This document shows, in pieces, positions 28,181 through 37,400 of a stretch of DNA of 64,000 nt. The position numbers were made by a program, and so were the translations under genes. A model generated the notes under the pieces. That model did not search any database, had not been told where the DNA came from, and worked only from the letters and a program-made list of their open reading frames with translations. Location of the stretch: the sequence record KY499642.1, one strand, 5' to 3'. Position 1 is the stretch's first letter, and each line of letters starts with the position of its first letter.

Positions 28181-28205
28181 CTATTTATATCTGGAGATAA
28201 TAACA

Positions 28206-29012
28206 ATGGCAATGACAGCATCTAAACCACGTTACGAAAAAATTGATGTAGCACACAAGCAAGAAATCGTGTCCGACTTTGAAGACCGTCACCATCACTT
28301 ACTACGTGACATCGTCCATGGCACGCAAAGCGTTATCGAACATTTGGGTTTGTCTAACCTAGTACCACATTCATTCCGTATTAACATGGTGGCACAGTTA
28401 CACTATCCGCATGAAAATCACGTGTACACAATGTTCGCTAGTGATGAGAACATGCCACGTGTCACTATTAATTTAGGACAGGCGTTGACTGCCCGCTGGA
28501 CTAGTCGCTTATGGAATACTGCACGTCATGATCGTCAAGATGAAATCTTCATTGACTTCTGCGGTATCAAGCTGGATGACAAAGATGCATGTGAAACTAT
28601 TGTTGATAGCATCATCACCAACTTGCTGATGAAAGATTCTATCAATGTGTGCGATAGCAACATGCCGCTAAGTAAGAACAAAGAAGATAAGACTTACGTA
28701 CAGTCATTTGATATCGAGTCTGGTGAAATGATCGTTTATTGCGATGATAAGTTGTCAGCTAAGTTCATCACTAAGACTATCGGTTCTACAATAGTCATTC
28801 AGGCTAAACAAGTACGCGACTTTAATTTCGTCACAGCTCTAGTAACCGCCCTGTGTTACATTCACGATAACTTCTCGTCTCATGTCAAGCTTGCATTTAA
28901 TGAAAACCTGCATCCTGAAATTACAGGTCTAAACGAAAAGACCTTAACACGCGGTGATAAGAAGTACATTGTTAAGCGTGCAGGCAACCTATTCAAATTC
29001 GAAACTAAATAA
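28206..29012 (+). CDS. hypothetical protein
   Basis: GGAG SD; 268 aa. Confidence 0.85.
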   Translation: MAMTASKPRYEKIDVAHKQEIVSDFEDRHHHLLRDIVHGTQSVIEHLGLSNLVPHSFRINMVAQLHYPHENHVYTMFASDENMPRVTINLGQALTARWTSRLWNTARHDRQDEIFIDFCGIKLDDKDACETIVDSIITNLLMKDSINVCDSNMPLSKNKEDKTYVQSFDIESGEMIVYCDDKLSAKFITKTIGSTIVIQAKQVRDFNFVTALVTALCYIHDNFSSHVKLAFNENLHPEITGLNEKTLTRGDKKYIVKRAGNLFKFETK

Positions 29013-29032
29013 TTAATTGGGAGATAACAATA

Positions 29033-31267
29033 ATGACTTTTCAAACTACATTCGATCTAGAAGTATTCATCAAAGCTTGTAATGACCTACGCGATGGTGT
29101 CTGTGACGACGGTAACGACACTCTCGACAAGTGGATTGAGTTAGGTAAGAAACATGCAAAAGACGGTAAGCTTACTTTCACACAACACTTAGTGACTAAC
29201 TTGTCACGCTACGCTCGCGCTATCGCAGATACTTCTGTTCGCTATGTATTTGGCGAGGACGAGTTTCCAGTTGAACTACAGTACTGTTTATGGGCGTTAG
29301 ATAAAGACTGGGACACTGGCCGAATTGGTTACATTGAAAGTCGTATCGAAGGACTACGTTGGGCTGAGAAACATATGCCGGAACGCTTCGATGTCGAACT
29401 GGAAGAATATGTTAAAGGTGTAGGGCACGACACACGTATGGATTACCGCAAGGAGTGGCCTGACCATCCGGTAATCAAGAAGTATGTGCTTACTGTAAAA
29501 GAAGTACTTGAACAGCGACCATTTGACCCAGATGATGAATACTGCATACCTACACTACTAAGTAACTTAGACGAATATGGACATACTCGTTACGGTAATG
29601 TTGTTGCAACGCTTATCTATCAACATTTAGATACGCTATTGGATAATGAAGTAGCGGTCTCAAATATGGTGGTTAATGATAACATGGTTAAGGTATTACA
29701 CGATATCTTTAGCTCGCCAAAAGCATATGCTGAGTATTGGGAACGTCTGGCTGCATACGGACTTAAAATCGATGACAGCGGAGATCGTAAAATCATTACA
29801 GGCTACAACGATTGGTTTATTTCTCTGTCTATTAAGGTTCGTGGATTCCTTGCGTTACTTAATGACATGTGGGATGTGTACCTACCGACAAAAGCGACTA
29901 AAGCACGTATCGTGTCTAAGCACTATGAGATCGTGGGTGAGCTACCTCTGGAAGGTAAGTCGTACTTTACTGACCTACCGCTATCAGCAGTGCGGTCACT
30001 ATACCCAGACTTTAAAGTCGTTTCATTCCAAGAGTTCATCAACGGCGATAAGGTTAAAGAACCGCTTATCATCACGTACCCTGAAGAACGCACCATGGCA
30101 AGTGTCTTACTGCGTGAACACCAATCTAAGTTGGAAACACCTAAAGACACAGGTGTGTCTGTAGTGTATGTTGGTTGGCCTATGGATTTCACTAAAGGGC
30201 ATCTTAACATCGTTGAATACGACGGTCAGTTAGAAGTCATTGAACGTGAAGGGCGTTTTGTAGCGCGTTATGCGACTATGTTCGGAACTACAGGCGTTGG
30301 CCGTGATTTATCTACTGCATACCTAACAGGCTCAGATAAAACATACCACGCTGTAAGTGAAGACGAGGTTGGCGAGTCAGATCAAAACACACTTGGAATG
30401 CGTGAAGGACTGTTACGTTCTAGACCAGTACGCTCGCTCGGTGAGGTGGAAGCTCGCCATACCTATGGTCGTAATGCGCGTACGTTAGCCGGAGGCGATA
30501 TCGGACGTGGAATGACACACCCACGCATCTGGAATGACGTGTTAGGCGACCTGCACATTGCTAGACAGATGGGTAAGTCTGGTTTAGTCAGCGGATTCTT
30601 TAAAGACGTGATTGCAGAACGTAATAAAGACTTCGATGGCGATGAACTACACTTCATGTTGTCGAATGACCCATTCCCGTTTGAAATGGAAATTAAACAA
30701 ACACCAGCACCTGTTCAATATCCTAAAATACCATTCACGCTACGCAAACCAACTGCTGAACGTTACCGTTTATCGATGGGTAAGCCTGTAACAATCGGTG
30801 GGATGGAATGTGACTTTGTCCCACTAATGTTTGGCGGCACCACACACACGCCATTACTCTCTACACCACGTATGTTACATGCAGAATCTAGAAACCAAAC
30901 AATGGCGAGACTGATGAATGAACAGCTTTTATCACGTCCTCGTAATCCATTGCTGGCAGCTGCAATGGATCATACTGTTCTACATACAAGCGGGATATCT
31001 AGAGAGCGTCAGGCCATGGTAGCTAGCCACATTGGACAGGAACCAACCGTAGTGCGTAATCCAACTGAACTAAAGGATGTATTTGAAGGAGAAGGTCCAC
31101 ATTACGTTCAACGTTTAGTTCCGGATGACGCCGAGAGTCTGCCAGCTTTTTACCATCAGGGCACACCAAGCCGACTACAGATGCAAGCAGGCGATGTTGA
31201 TATCACTGAAGCTTATCCAAAGACCTACACTGAGGTCAACTTGGCAAGCGATGAAGATAAGGAATAA
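29033..31267 (+). CDS. hypothetical protein (744 aa) containing an NKDFDGDE motif
   Basis: GGGAG SD; long ORF. Confidence 0.85.
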   Translation: MTFQTTFDLEVFIKACNDLRDGVCDDGNDTLDKWIELGKKHAKDGKLTFTQHLVTNLSRYARAIADTSVRYVFGEDEFPVELQYCLWALDKDWDTGRIGYIESRIEGLRWAEKHMPERFDVELEEYVKGVGHDTRMDYRKEWPDHPVIKKYVLTVKEVLEQRPFDPDDEYCIPTLLSNLDEYGHTRYGNVVATLIYQHLDTLLDNEVAVSNMVVNDNMVKVLHDIFSSPKAYAEYWERLAAYGLKIDDSGDRKIITGYNDWFISLSIKVRGFLALLNDMWDVYLPTKATKARIVSKHYEIVGELPLEGKSYFTDLPLSAVRSLYPDFKVVSFQEFINGDKVKEPLIITYPEERTMASVLLREHQSKLETPKDTGVSVVYVGWPMDFTKGHLNIVEYDGQLEVIEREGRFVARYATMFGTTGVGRDLSTAYLTGSDKTYHAVSEDEVGESDQNTLGMREGLLRSRPVRSLGEVEARHTYGRNARTLAGGDIGRGMTHPRIWNDVLGDLHIARQMGKSGLVSGFFKDVIAERNKDFDGDELHFMLSNDPFPFEMEIKQTPAPVQYPKIPFTLRKPTAERYRLSMGKPVTIGGMECDFVPLMFGGTTHTPLLSTPRMLHAESRNQTMARLMNEQLLSRPRNPLLAAAMDHTVLHTSGISRERQAMVASHIGQEPTVVRNPTELKDVFEGEGPHYVQRLVPDDAESLPAFYHQGTPSRLQMQAGDVDITEAYPKTYTEVNLASDEDKE

Positions 31268-31272
31268 TTGTA

Positions 31273-31425
31273 ATGAAAACTCGTGAATTAGAGAAAGACG
31301 AATTCCCTGAGATTCCGGGAGTTACATTCACACGTGGTGTTGAATTTGAATTCGACATTGAATTTGACGAACCAAGTTGTAAGAGAATGCATGAAATCAA
31401 TGCCAACGACCACGTCGACAAATAA
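31273..31425 (+). CDS. 50 aa acidic hypothetical protein (below cutoff)
   Basis: MKTRELEKDEFPEIPGVTFTRGVEFEFDIEF...; AAGGA upstream; ends before terminator. Confidence 0.55.
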   Translation: MKTRELEKDEFPEIPGVTFTRGVEFEFDIEFDEPSCKRMHEINANDHVDK

Positions 31426-31429
31426 AAAC

Positions 31430-31467
31430 AAATAAAGAGAGAGGGCCTTAGCCCTCCTCTTTTTTTT
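31430..31467. terminator. bidirectional intrinsic terminator
   Basis: A-rich flank, GAGGGC-CTTA-GCCCTC, T-run; between convergent units. Confidence 0.85.
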
Positions 31468-31506
31468 GCCTTTACTTTATTTTTTTACACGTTTTCAAAC
31501 TAAAAG

Positions 31507-32139
31507 TTAAACGCGAGGAATTCCGTAACGGTCAAGGTAACCTGCAATCTCACGGATTACACGGATGTTCCAACCCCAGAAGTACTTCTCGTTCTTCTCT
31601 TGAGGCCGACGCAAGGTGATGTGTTTCATATAGTGCATACAGTCTGCGTTAGTCTGCGCTACTAAGAAAGCCATTGCATCATCACGACCACGCTTCTTAA
31701 TGAAAGCATCAATCGTACCTAGAGTCTTAGGACCCATCCAACCATCTGCGGTAATGTTTGGCCAGTAAGCCTGACGGTTGTTCAGACAGTTTAGCGTCTC
31801 TTGAACAGCCATGACAGGTTCATCTGCACCAGACTTCAAACCCCAACGGAACATGGTACGCGCTAATGAGCGTGAACGCTTACACACCTCGTCAAGGAAC
31901 ATCGGATGCCAGAACTCCATCTCATATAGCCAGAAGGCCATTTCTTGAGTGAGATCTTTCATCTGACCATTCCAACCAAACAGTGACTTCAGTTTAGATG
32001 TGTAACGGGTAGCCAGTCCAATGGTAATACCGTGGTTAGTTTCCTTACCTAAGTCGGTTGGGTCATTTACATAACCACCCTCGACATTAGTTTCACCACG
32101 GATACATTCCTTACGGAACTCTGCCAAAGTAGTTTCCAT
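31507..32139 (-). CDS. glycoside hydrolase family 108 lysozyme with PG-binding C-terminal domain (endolysin candidate)
   Basis: EGGYVNDPTDLGKETNHGIT; ITADGWMGPKTL; FFWGW-like YFWGW; GGAG SD before ATG 32139. Confidence 0.9.
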   Translation of the reverse strand: METTLAEFRKECIRGETNVEGGYVNDPTDLGKETNHGITIGLATRYTSKLKSLFGWNGQMKDLTQEMAFWLYEMEFWHPMFLDEVCKRSRSLARTMFRWGLKSGADEPVMAVQETLNCLNNRQAYWPNITADGWMGPKTLGTIDAFIKKRGRDDAMAFLVAQTNADCMHYMKHITLRRPQEKNEKYFWGWNIRVIREIAGYLDRYGIPRV

Positions 32140-32161
32140 TATTATCTCCAAACTTTCAGTG

Positions 32162-32590
32162 TTACGAACGCGGTAGGAACGCAGGTGCTTTCGGCCACAC
32201 TATACGTGCAGGGAAGCCACCTTGTTGAGGAACGTCCAGTAACTTCTCACGGTATGTGGTTAAAGCTTGCTGTTGTTCTTCAGTCAATGCATTCCAGCGA
32301 AGTGGGTTGCTAACATAGGTATCTAAGATGCCTAGAAGTGCGTCACGTGTTGCGCGCTGTCTGTCTGCATCAGATTTACCGTCAATTAACAATTCAGGAC
32401 GTTGACGTACATCGCGTACAAGATTATGCTTACGATCCCATACAGCAAACTCAGGATAAACATTATTCTGAATTTCCTCAGGAGTCCTGCTATTAATCTC
32501 CAACACTTCCAACCCTTCAGTAAATAACCCCTCTAGGGTTGTACCAATGTAGTTGACAGTGTTGTCAGGGTTAAGCAATACAATTGCCAT
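32162..32590 (-). CDS. tail fibre assembly chaperone
   Basis: RATRDALL...WNAL...YREKLLDVPQQGGFP..IVWPKAP. Confidence 0.85.
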   Translation of the reverse strand: MAIVLLNPDNTVNYIGTTLEGLFTEGLEVLEINSRTPEEIQNNVYPEFAVWDRKHNLVRDVRQRPELLIDGKSDADRQRATRDALLGILDTYVSNPLRWNALTEEQQQALTTYREKLLDVPQQGGFPARIVWPKAPAFLPRS

Positions 32591-32599
32591 ATTTTACTC

Positions 32600-33997
32600 C
32601 TACGAAATACCAATTGAACGGTAACGGAAACGCCAGCGACGGTCTTCGGTGTGGTTAGTGTGGTATGAGTACGCACCTACCATAACCGACCCATCTGGAC
32701 AAGTCCAATCAACTACTTGGTCAAAGCCGTTAACGTAACCCGTAATCTGAACACCACCCCATGAAATAGCGGGCTTGTTAGTCTTCAGGTTATTGACTTC
32801 TTGCTGTAGCGATTGAATTGAACTTGCGTGTGTATTTAGTGTTTGATCTTGAGTGGTGTTCTTCTCTTCGACCAAACGAACACGTTCCGTCAACTGCGAC
32901 ATACTCGTTGCAAATTGTTCATCCACAGTTTTCTGGCGTTGCAATTCAGCGTCATGTTCAGCGTCTTTTGCTTCCAGTTCTGCAATCTTAGAGTCATGCC
33001 CGTCGTTACGAGTTTTCTCTTTATTGATATCTTGGATGTTTTTATCAATCGCCGCTTGGAGTTCTTGGTCACGTTGTTTCAAGCCAGTGATTTCATTATT
33101 GATGTCGTTGATTTCATCATTAATGGTTTCGATAGCCGCGTTCACATCTGCAATGTTCAGGTGAACTCGTGACAAAGATTGCGCATTTTGGTTCAACTGT
33201 AGGTTGTTGTTGTTCAGCGCTTGAACTAAACCATCGATACGGTCATTGATATCAGAGATACCATTAACCAGTGAACGGAAGCGAGGTTCCAAGTCTCCCA
33301 GTGCCACATTCAGCACTTGAACGATTTGGTCGATACGTTCTTTATCGTAACAGTTGACTTGTTCCGCACTCACCTGATGTGGATTGTTTAAATCATCGAG
33401 GTGTTCTTGATGCAATGTGCGTAGAGTAGACTCTAACGCATCAATGCGTGCACGGACTTGTTCGAACTGAGCGTTGTCACCGATCATAAGAGTATCACGA
33501 ATGTGACCTAGCACGTCGATAAGGAACTCAAGACCGAAGATGTCACCGAAGTCGTGCATATGCGGAGTTGGCTGGAACAGGTCTGGCTTGTCGATGACGT
33601 TCTGCCAGTAAGTGTTCTTGTTGTTGATTTCAAGTGCATCGATAGCATCTTGGATGGCTTGTGCAGATTGTGCAAACGGGCCACCTACGATGTTAGCACT
33701 CACGGTAACGTCCGTAGAGACAGCAGTGTTATGTACTACGATAACGCCACAGATTTCTTTACCGGGTGTAAGCGCGGTCAAGTCCTCGTAGAAGAATACG
33801 CACTCGTAATCATCTCCACGCTTCAACAGTTTACCAGAGTTGCGCTCCCGGACAGCCAAGTCCTTGGTGTAGAACGGGCCATTCTTTAGCGCAAATGCAC
33901 GGTACTGCTGAGTGCCGAGTGTGTGGTTTTCTTCTACACGGTTTGATTCACGATCACCTCTTAAATCCAATGGATAGATGAACTTTTTCAAAGCCAT
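32600..33997 (-). CDS. short tail fibre: conserved N-terminal anchor, coiled coil, C-terminal dermatopontin-like repeat
   Basis: FIYPLD N-term shared with 3 paralogs; NNPH motif; heptad-rich middle; tip TGYVNGFD...CPDG...SYHTNHTEDRRWRF. Confidence 0.8.
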   Translation of the reverse strand: MALKKFIYPLDLRGDRESNRVEENHTLGTQQYRAFALKNGPFYTKDLAVRERNSGKLLKRGDDYECVFFYEDLTALTPGKEICGVIVVHNTAVSTDVTVSANIVGGPFAQSAQAIQDAIDALEINNKNTYWQNVIDKPDLFQPTPHMHDFGDIFGLEFLIDVLGHIRDTLMIGDNAQFEQVRARIDALESTLRTLHQEHLDDLNNPHQVSAEQVNCYDKERIDQIVQVLNVALGDLEPRFRSLVNGISDINDRIDGLVQALNNNNLQLNQNAQSLSRVHLNIADVNAAIETINDEINDINNEITGLKQRDQELQAAIDKNIQDINKEKTRNDGHDSKIAELEAKDAEHDAELQRQKTVDEQFATSMSQLTERVRLVEEKNTTQDQTLNTHASSIQSLQQEVNNLKTNKPAISWGGVQITGYVNGFDQVVDWTCPDGSVMVGAYSYHTNHTEDRRWRFRYRSIGIS

Positions 33998-34005
33998 GCT
34001 TGTTC

Positions 34006-34027
34006 ATGCGGGTGTTGCCACCCGCAT
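34006..34027 (-). promoter_or_regulatory. GNRA-capped 9 bp hairpin 8 nt upstream of fibre start codon
   Basis: ATGCGGGTG-GCAA-CACCCGCAT on - strand. Confidence 0.55.
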
Positions 34028-34041
34028 CCCTGTTTCAATGG

Positions 34042-34437
34042 TTAATCTTTAGCGTCTGGCGATTTAGGCCATACAACAGTATCCAGACTTGTGAAGTCCA
34101 TACCGTAAAGCTCAGCACGATATTTACGCCATGCTTGCAGCTTAGCCTCAGCTTCTTCAGACGGTGTAAATTCTACAACATCATTCAAAGTATCAATCTG
34201 AGTTTTAGCAGTTTCCATTTCGTAAACGTGCTTCTGCTTGGCTTCTTCCAGCAGTTCTTTTTCGGTGTAGACGATATCAACGATAATATCATTACCATTG
34301 TCATCTTTACCAAGTTGGATTTTGCTGATGTCAAGGGATTCATCAGATTGAAGCATGATGATGTTCTCAGGAACAACAGGCTCCATATCGATAGACCATT
34401 GACAACGGCCAGTTTCTTTGTTAAATCCGTAATACAT
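34042..34437 (-). CDS. tail fibre assembly protein (Tfa/Caudo_TAP-like)
   Basis: AKTQIDTLND...AKLQAWRKYRAEL...VVWPKSP; ATG 34437 abuts upstream stop. Confidence 0.85.
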   Translation of the reverse strand: MYYGFNKETGRCQWSIDMEPVVPENIIMLQSDESLDISKIQLGKDDNGNDIIVDIVYTEKELLEEAKQKHVYEMETAKTQIDTLNDVVEFTPSEEAEAKLQAWRKYRAELYGMDFTSLDTVVWPKSPDAKD

Positions 34438-34438
34438 T

Positions 34439-37400
34439 TTACACCTCTGGATTCTTACGAGCAATTAGATAGTAACGAGCATTACAGCCCAAGGGATTCG
34501 TGACAACTGAACCACCTGCTAGACGTATTGTGATATTACAAGTAAGTCCTGACAGTACCGCTTTCGCGTAGGTCAGTTTAGAAGTTGAAGAACTATGGTT
34601 GAATGAAACAACCGCGTGACAGTCAGCCGCCGTAAAGCCGATAGGGATTGGGAGTGTATGACCACCGCCAATAGTACCTGTAGCAAACGCAACTGCTTCT
34701 GCTTGACGCTCCGAGAGGATACGAATGGTATCCGCAGAAGCGTAGTAGTTACCAACGTTCTCATCTGGGCGCAGGATGTTGATAAAGGTTGAGTTAGGCT
34801 GAGACATACAGCCGTAACCGAACCGACCACCAGATTTGAACTGCTGTAGCTCCGTGAACTGCTGCAAATCAAACTCATGGACAACTTCGATGTGTTCTTT
34901 ACCATGGTCTTCTAGCTTCGTACTTTTAATGAAACGAGTTGCCGAAACCACGAACTTCTCACCTTTACGTACGGCAGTGATACGTGAGTAGTTACCGCCC
35001 CAACCGCCTGCATTAGCGCCAGTACCGCCACCAGTTTTGATAAGTTTACGAGACGGCAGATGGTAATCGTACCAAATGTCAAACTTACCGCTGATTGCCA
35101 TATGTCCTTCAATTGACTGTGCACGCACCGCACAGATTGTGTGCTCGATACCCTGAGCATCTTCAATGAAGGCTAGGATAACTGCAACCGCATCGTTATC
35201 CCCGTCAGGTGAACCGACCAATGTATCAAAAACGTAATCGCCTACTGGTGCAGGACTTACAAAGCCTACAAACGTGGCAGAGTTGATAGTACATTTGATT
35301 GTATCTGTCGCTTCTGTATACGTCCAACTTGATAACTCACCAGGGTTATGTGGTTGCGTGGCACTGTCCTTAAAGTGCGAAATACGCTCCCACGAATTGA
35401 ATACCTCTTTAAAGGTAGGCAATGTTAACGTGTGTATCATCCCCATGTTCTCAACTTTACCCAAACTGAATGAGTTCTTGTCAAGGTTGGTGATGTCATT
35501 GTGCGCCCGACGGTCGTAGATATGCTCCTCTAGTTCATAAATCATACCAAGGCGTGTAGCACGGTCAACCTTTAGTTCATTGATTTGTGTGTCGCCTGTG
35601 ATGGCATAACCAATGTACATGCTGGTTTCGGAGTCAGCTGTCTTAGTTAGACTAAACTTGTAGTTCGCAGTACCAACACCCTCATTATCGTACGTAACTT
35701 CCACGTAAATGTAGAAAGTCTTGTTTTGATAATTTGGGAACTCAGACATCTTCGATAAGTCGAAGTTCTGGATTGGTAGTTCTAAACTCTCACCCGCAAC
35801 GTAAAAACGTGCGGCCTCAGTAAAGTATACAACCCATCCAGAAGCTACCTGAGTAGCATGAATGATTTGCGATGATAGATAAGTATTACCGCTCATCTCT
35901 GCAACAGTTCTACCAAGTTTCTTAGCGGATACAACCTGCGCCGCATATTCGTTTACTGTATCAATTAGACCAATGTCTGGATGCCAGTAAGACGCATACA
36001 TTACGTGAGTGTGTGCATTTCGGTTTCGTTCATACAACACGGAACCGTCATCTTTATCCAAGACAATTTGGAAGATGCGACCACCTGAGTGACCTACATA
36101 ACTCACGTATAGCGAATGGTTCAAACAGTAGACTTTGTGACCATCGTCCGTAGTGCCACAAGTATTCATGCCAAACGACTCGAAACTACCCCAACCTACA
36201 ACTGAGTTATTCCAGTTAGGGTTAGAGATTAACTCGCCGATATTAACGCTTGCTACCGCAGCACCAGCCATGGTGATTGTACACTTGTGCGTTGCAGTGA
36301 ACACACGACGTGAAGACTTAGCAGCATCCGCCCAGAAGACATATGTGTACTGGATAAAACATACAAGTGTGTTAGCACCCTTTTCCCAATCGCCGAATGC
36401 GTGAAGCATCACGCGGTCTTCCCATAGCGACATACCGCCTGTGGCTGGATGTAACGCACGGAAACGAGTACGTAAGTCTGCTACTAATGCACTACTCCAA
36501 CTCACCGGACTCGTTGGGGTTTCATTCACGATTTTGGAATTATTCGTAGGGTATGTTGACGAAATCACGAAACCTTCGTTCTTATTCGTATCCCAGTTCA
36601 TCGGCACACGAATTAACCGTGCATTGTCACCATTTGGCAATAATCTTCGGTCAGAAGTTGGACCCCAACCTGTGCCGTCTTCTACATAACTCCCGTTCAA
36701 ATCGTAAGTACAAATTGTATCACGACCATCTAACTGATCACTTATCAACTTGTTACCCGGCAAGAAGCCCATGTATTTAGTACCAGCACCGACAACAGAA
36801 CCGTAGGCACCTTCAAAATCGGCGGCTGTAATAGTAACCGGGTTTGACTTACCAGCTTCCAAGTAATCAAAAACCGAAAGGTCAGTGCCAGACTTAAACT
36901 CATACACACGCGGAATGTACGTTGTTCCGTAGAAACGGAATGCAAACATTCTATCTCTCGTAACTAGCACAGGCGTGTTATTGTTCGGGTTAGCGCCAGT
37001 CCACGCCTCCGCAGGTGCAGATTTACCCGCAGGCATTTCCCAACGATTGTTATACAGCTTAATTGGGAAACAATCCGCATTATCAGACACCATTTGCATC
37101 GTATCTAAATCTAACACAAACGAATGTGATAGTGGGTAACCTGTCGAGCCATCCGAACGTGAGTAGTAGGTTCTACCGTAAACCTGCACGCGTAACTTAT
37201 TATCCTTAATATAGAACATTGAGTTTTGCGTTGAGTGTCGAACGTTGTTAGAGCCACTCCAGTGACCATTATCAAGACGATGGATGATTGGCTTATCACC
37301 ATCCAAGTTATTTGCCTGGCCGAGGGTAGTAAAGAAGAACGTTTCGGTGTCGTTCTGAGCATTACCCTTCCAGTCATCACCGTTTAGACCAACACGTTCT

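Noticed and set aside
32843-33889. Several + strand ORFs of 103-111 aa inside the short fibre gene
   Set aside because: Antisense shadows of a codon-biased coiled-coil gene
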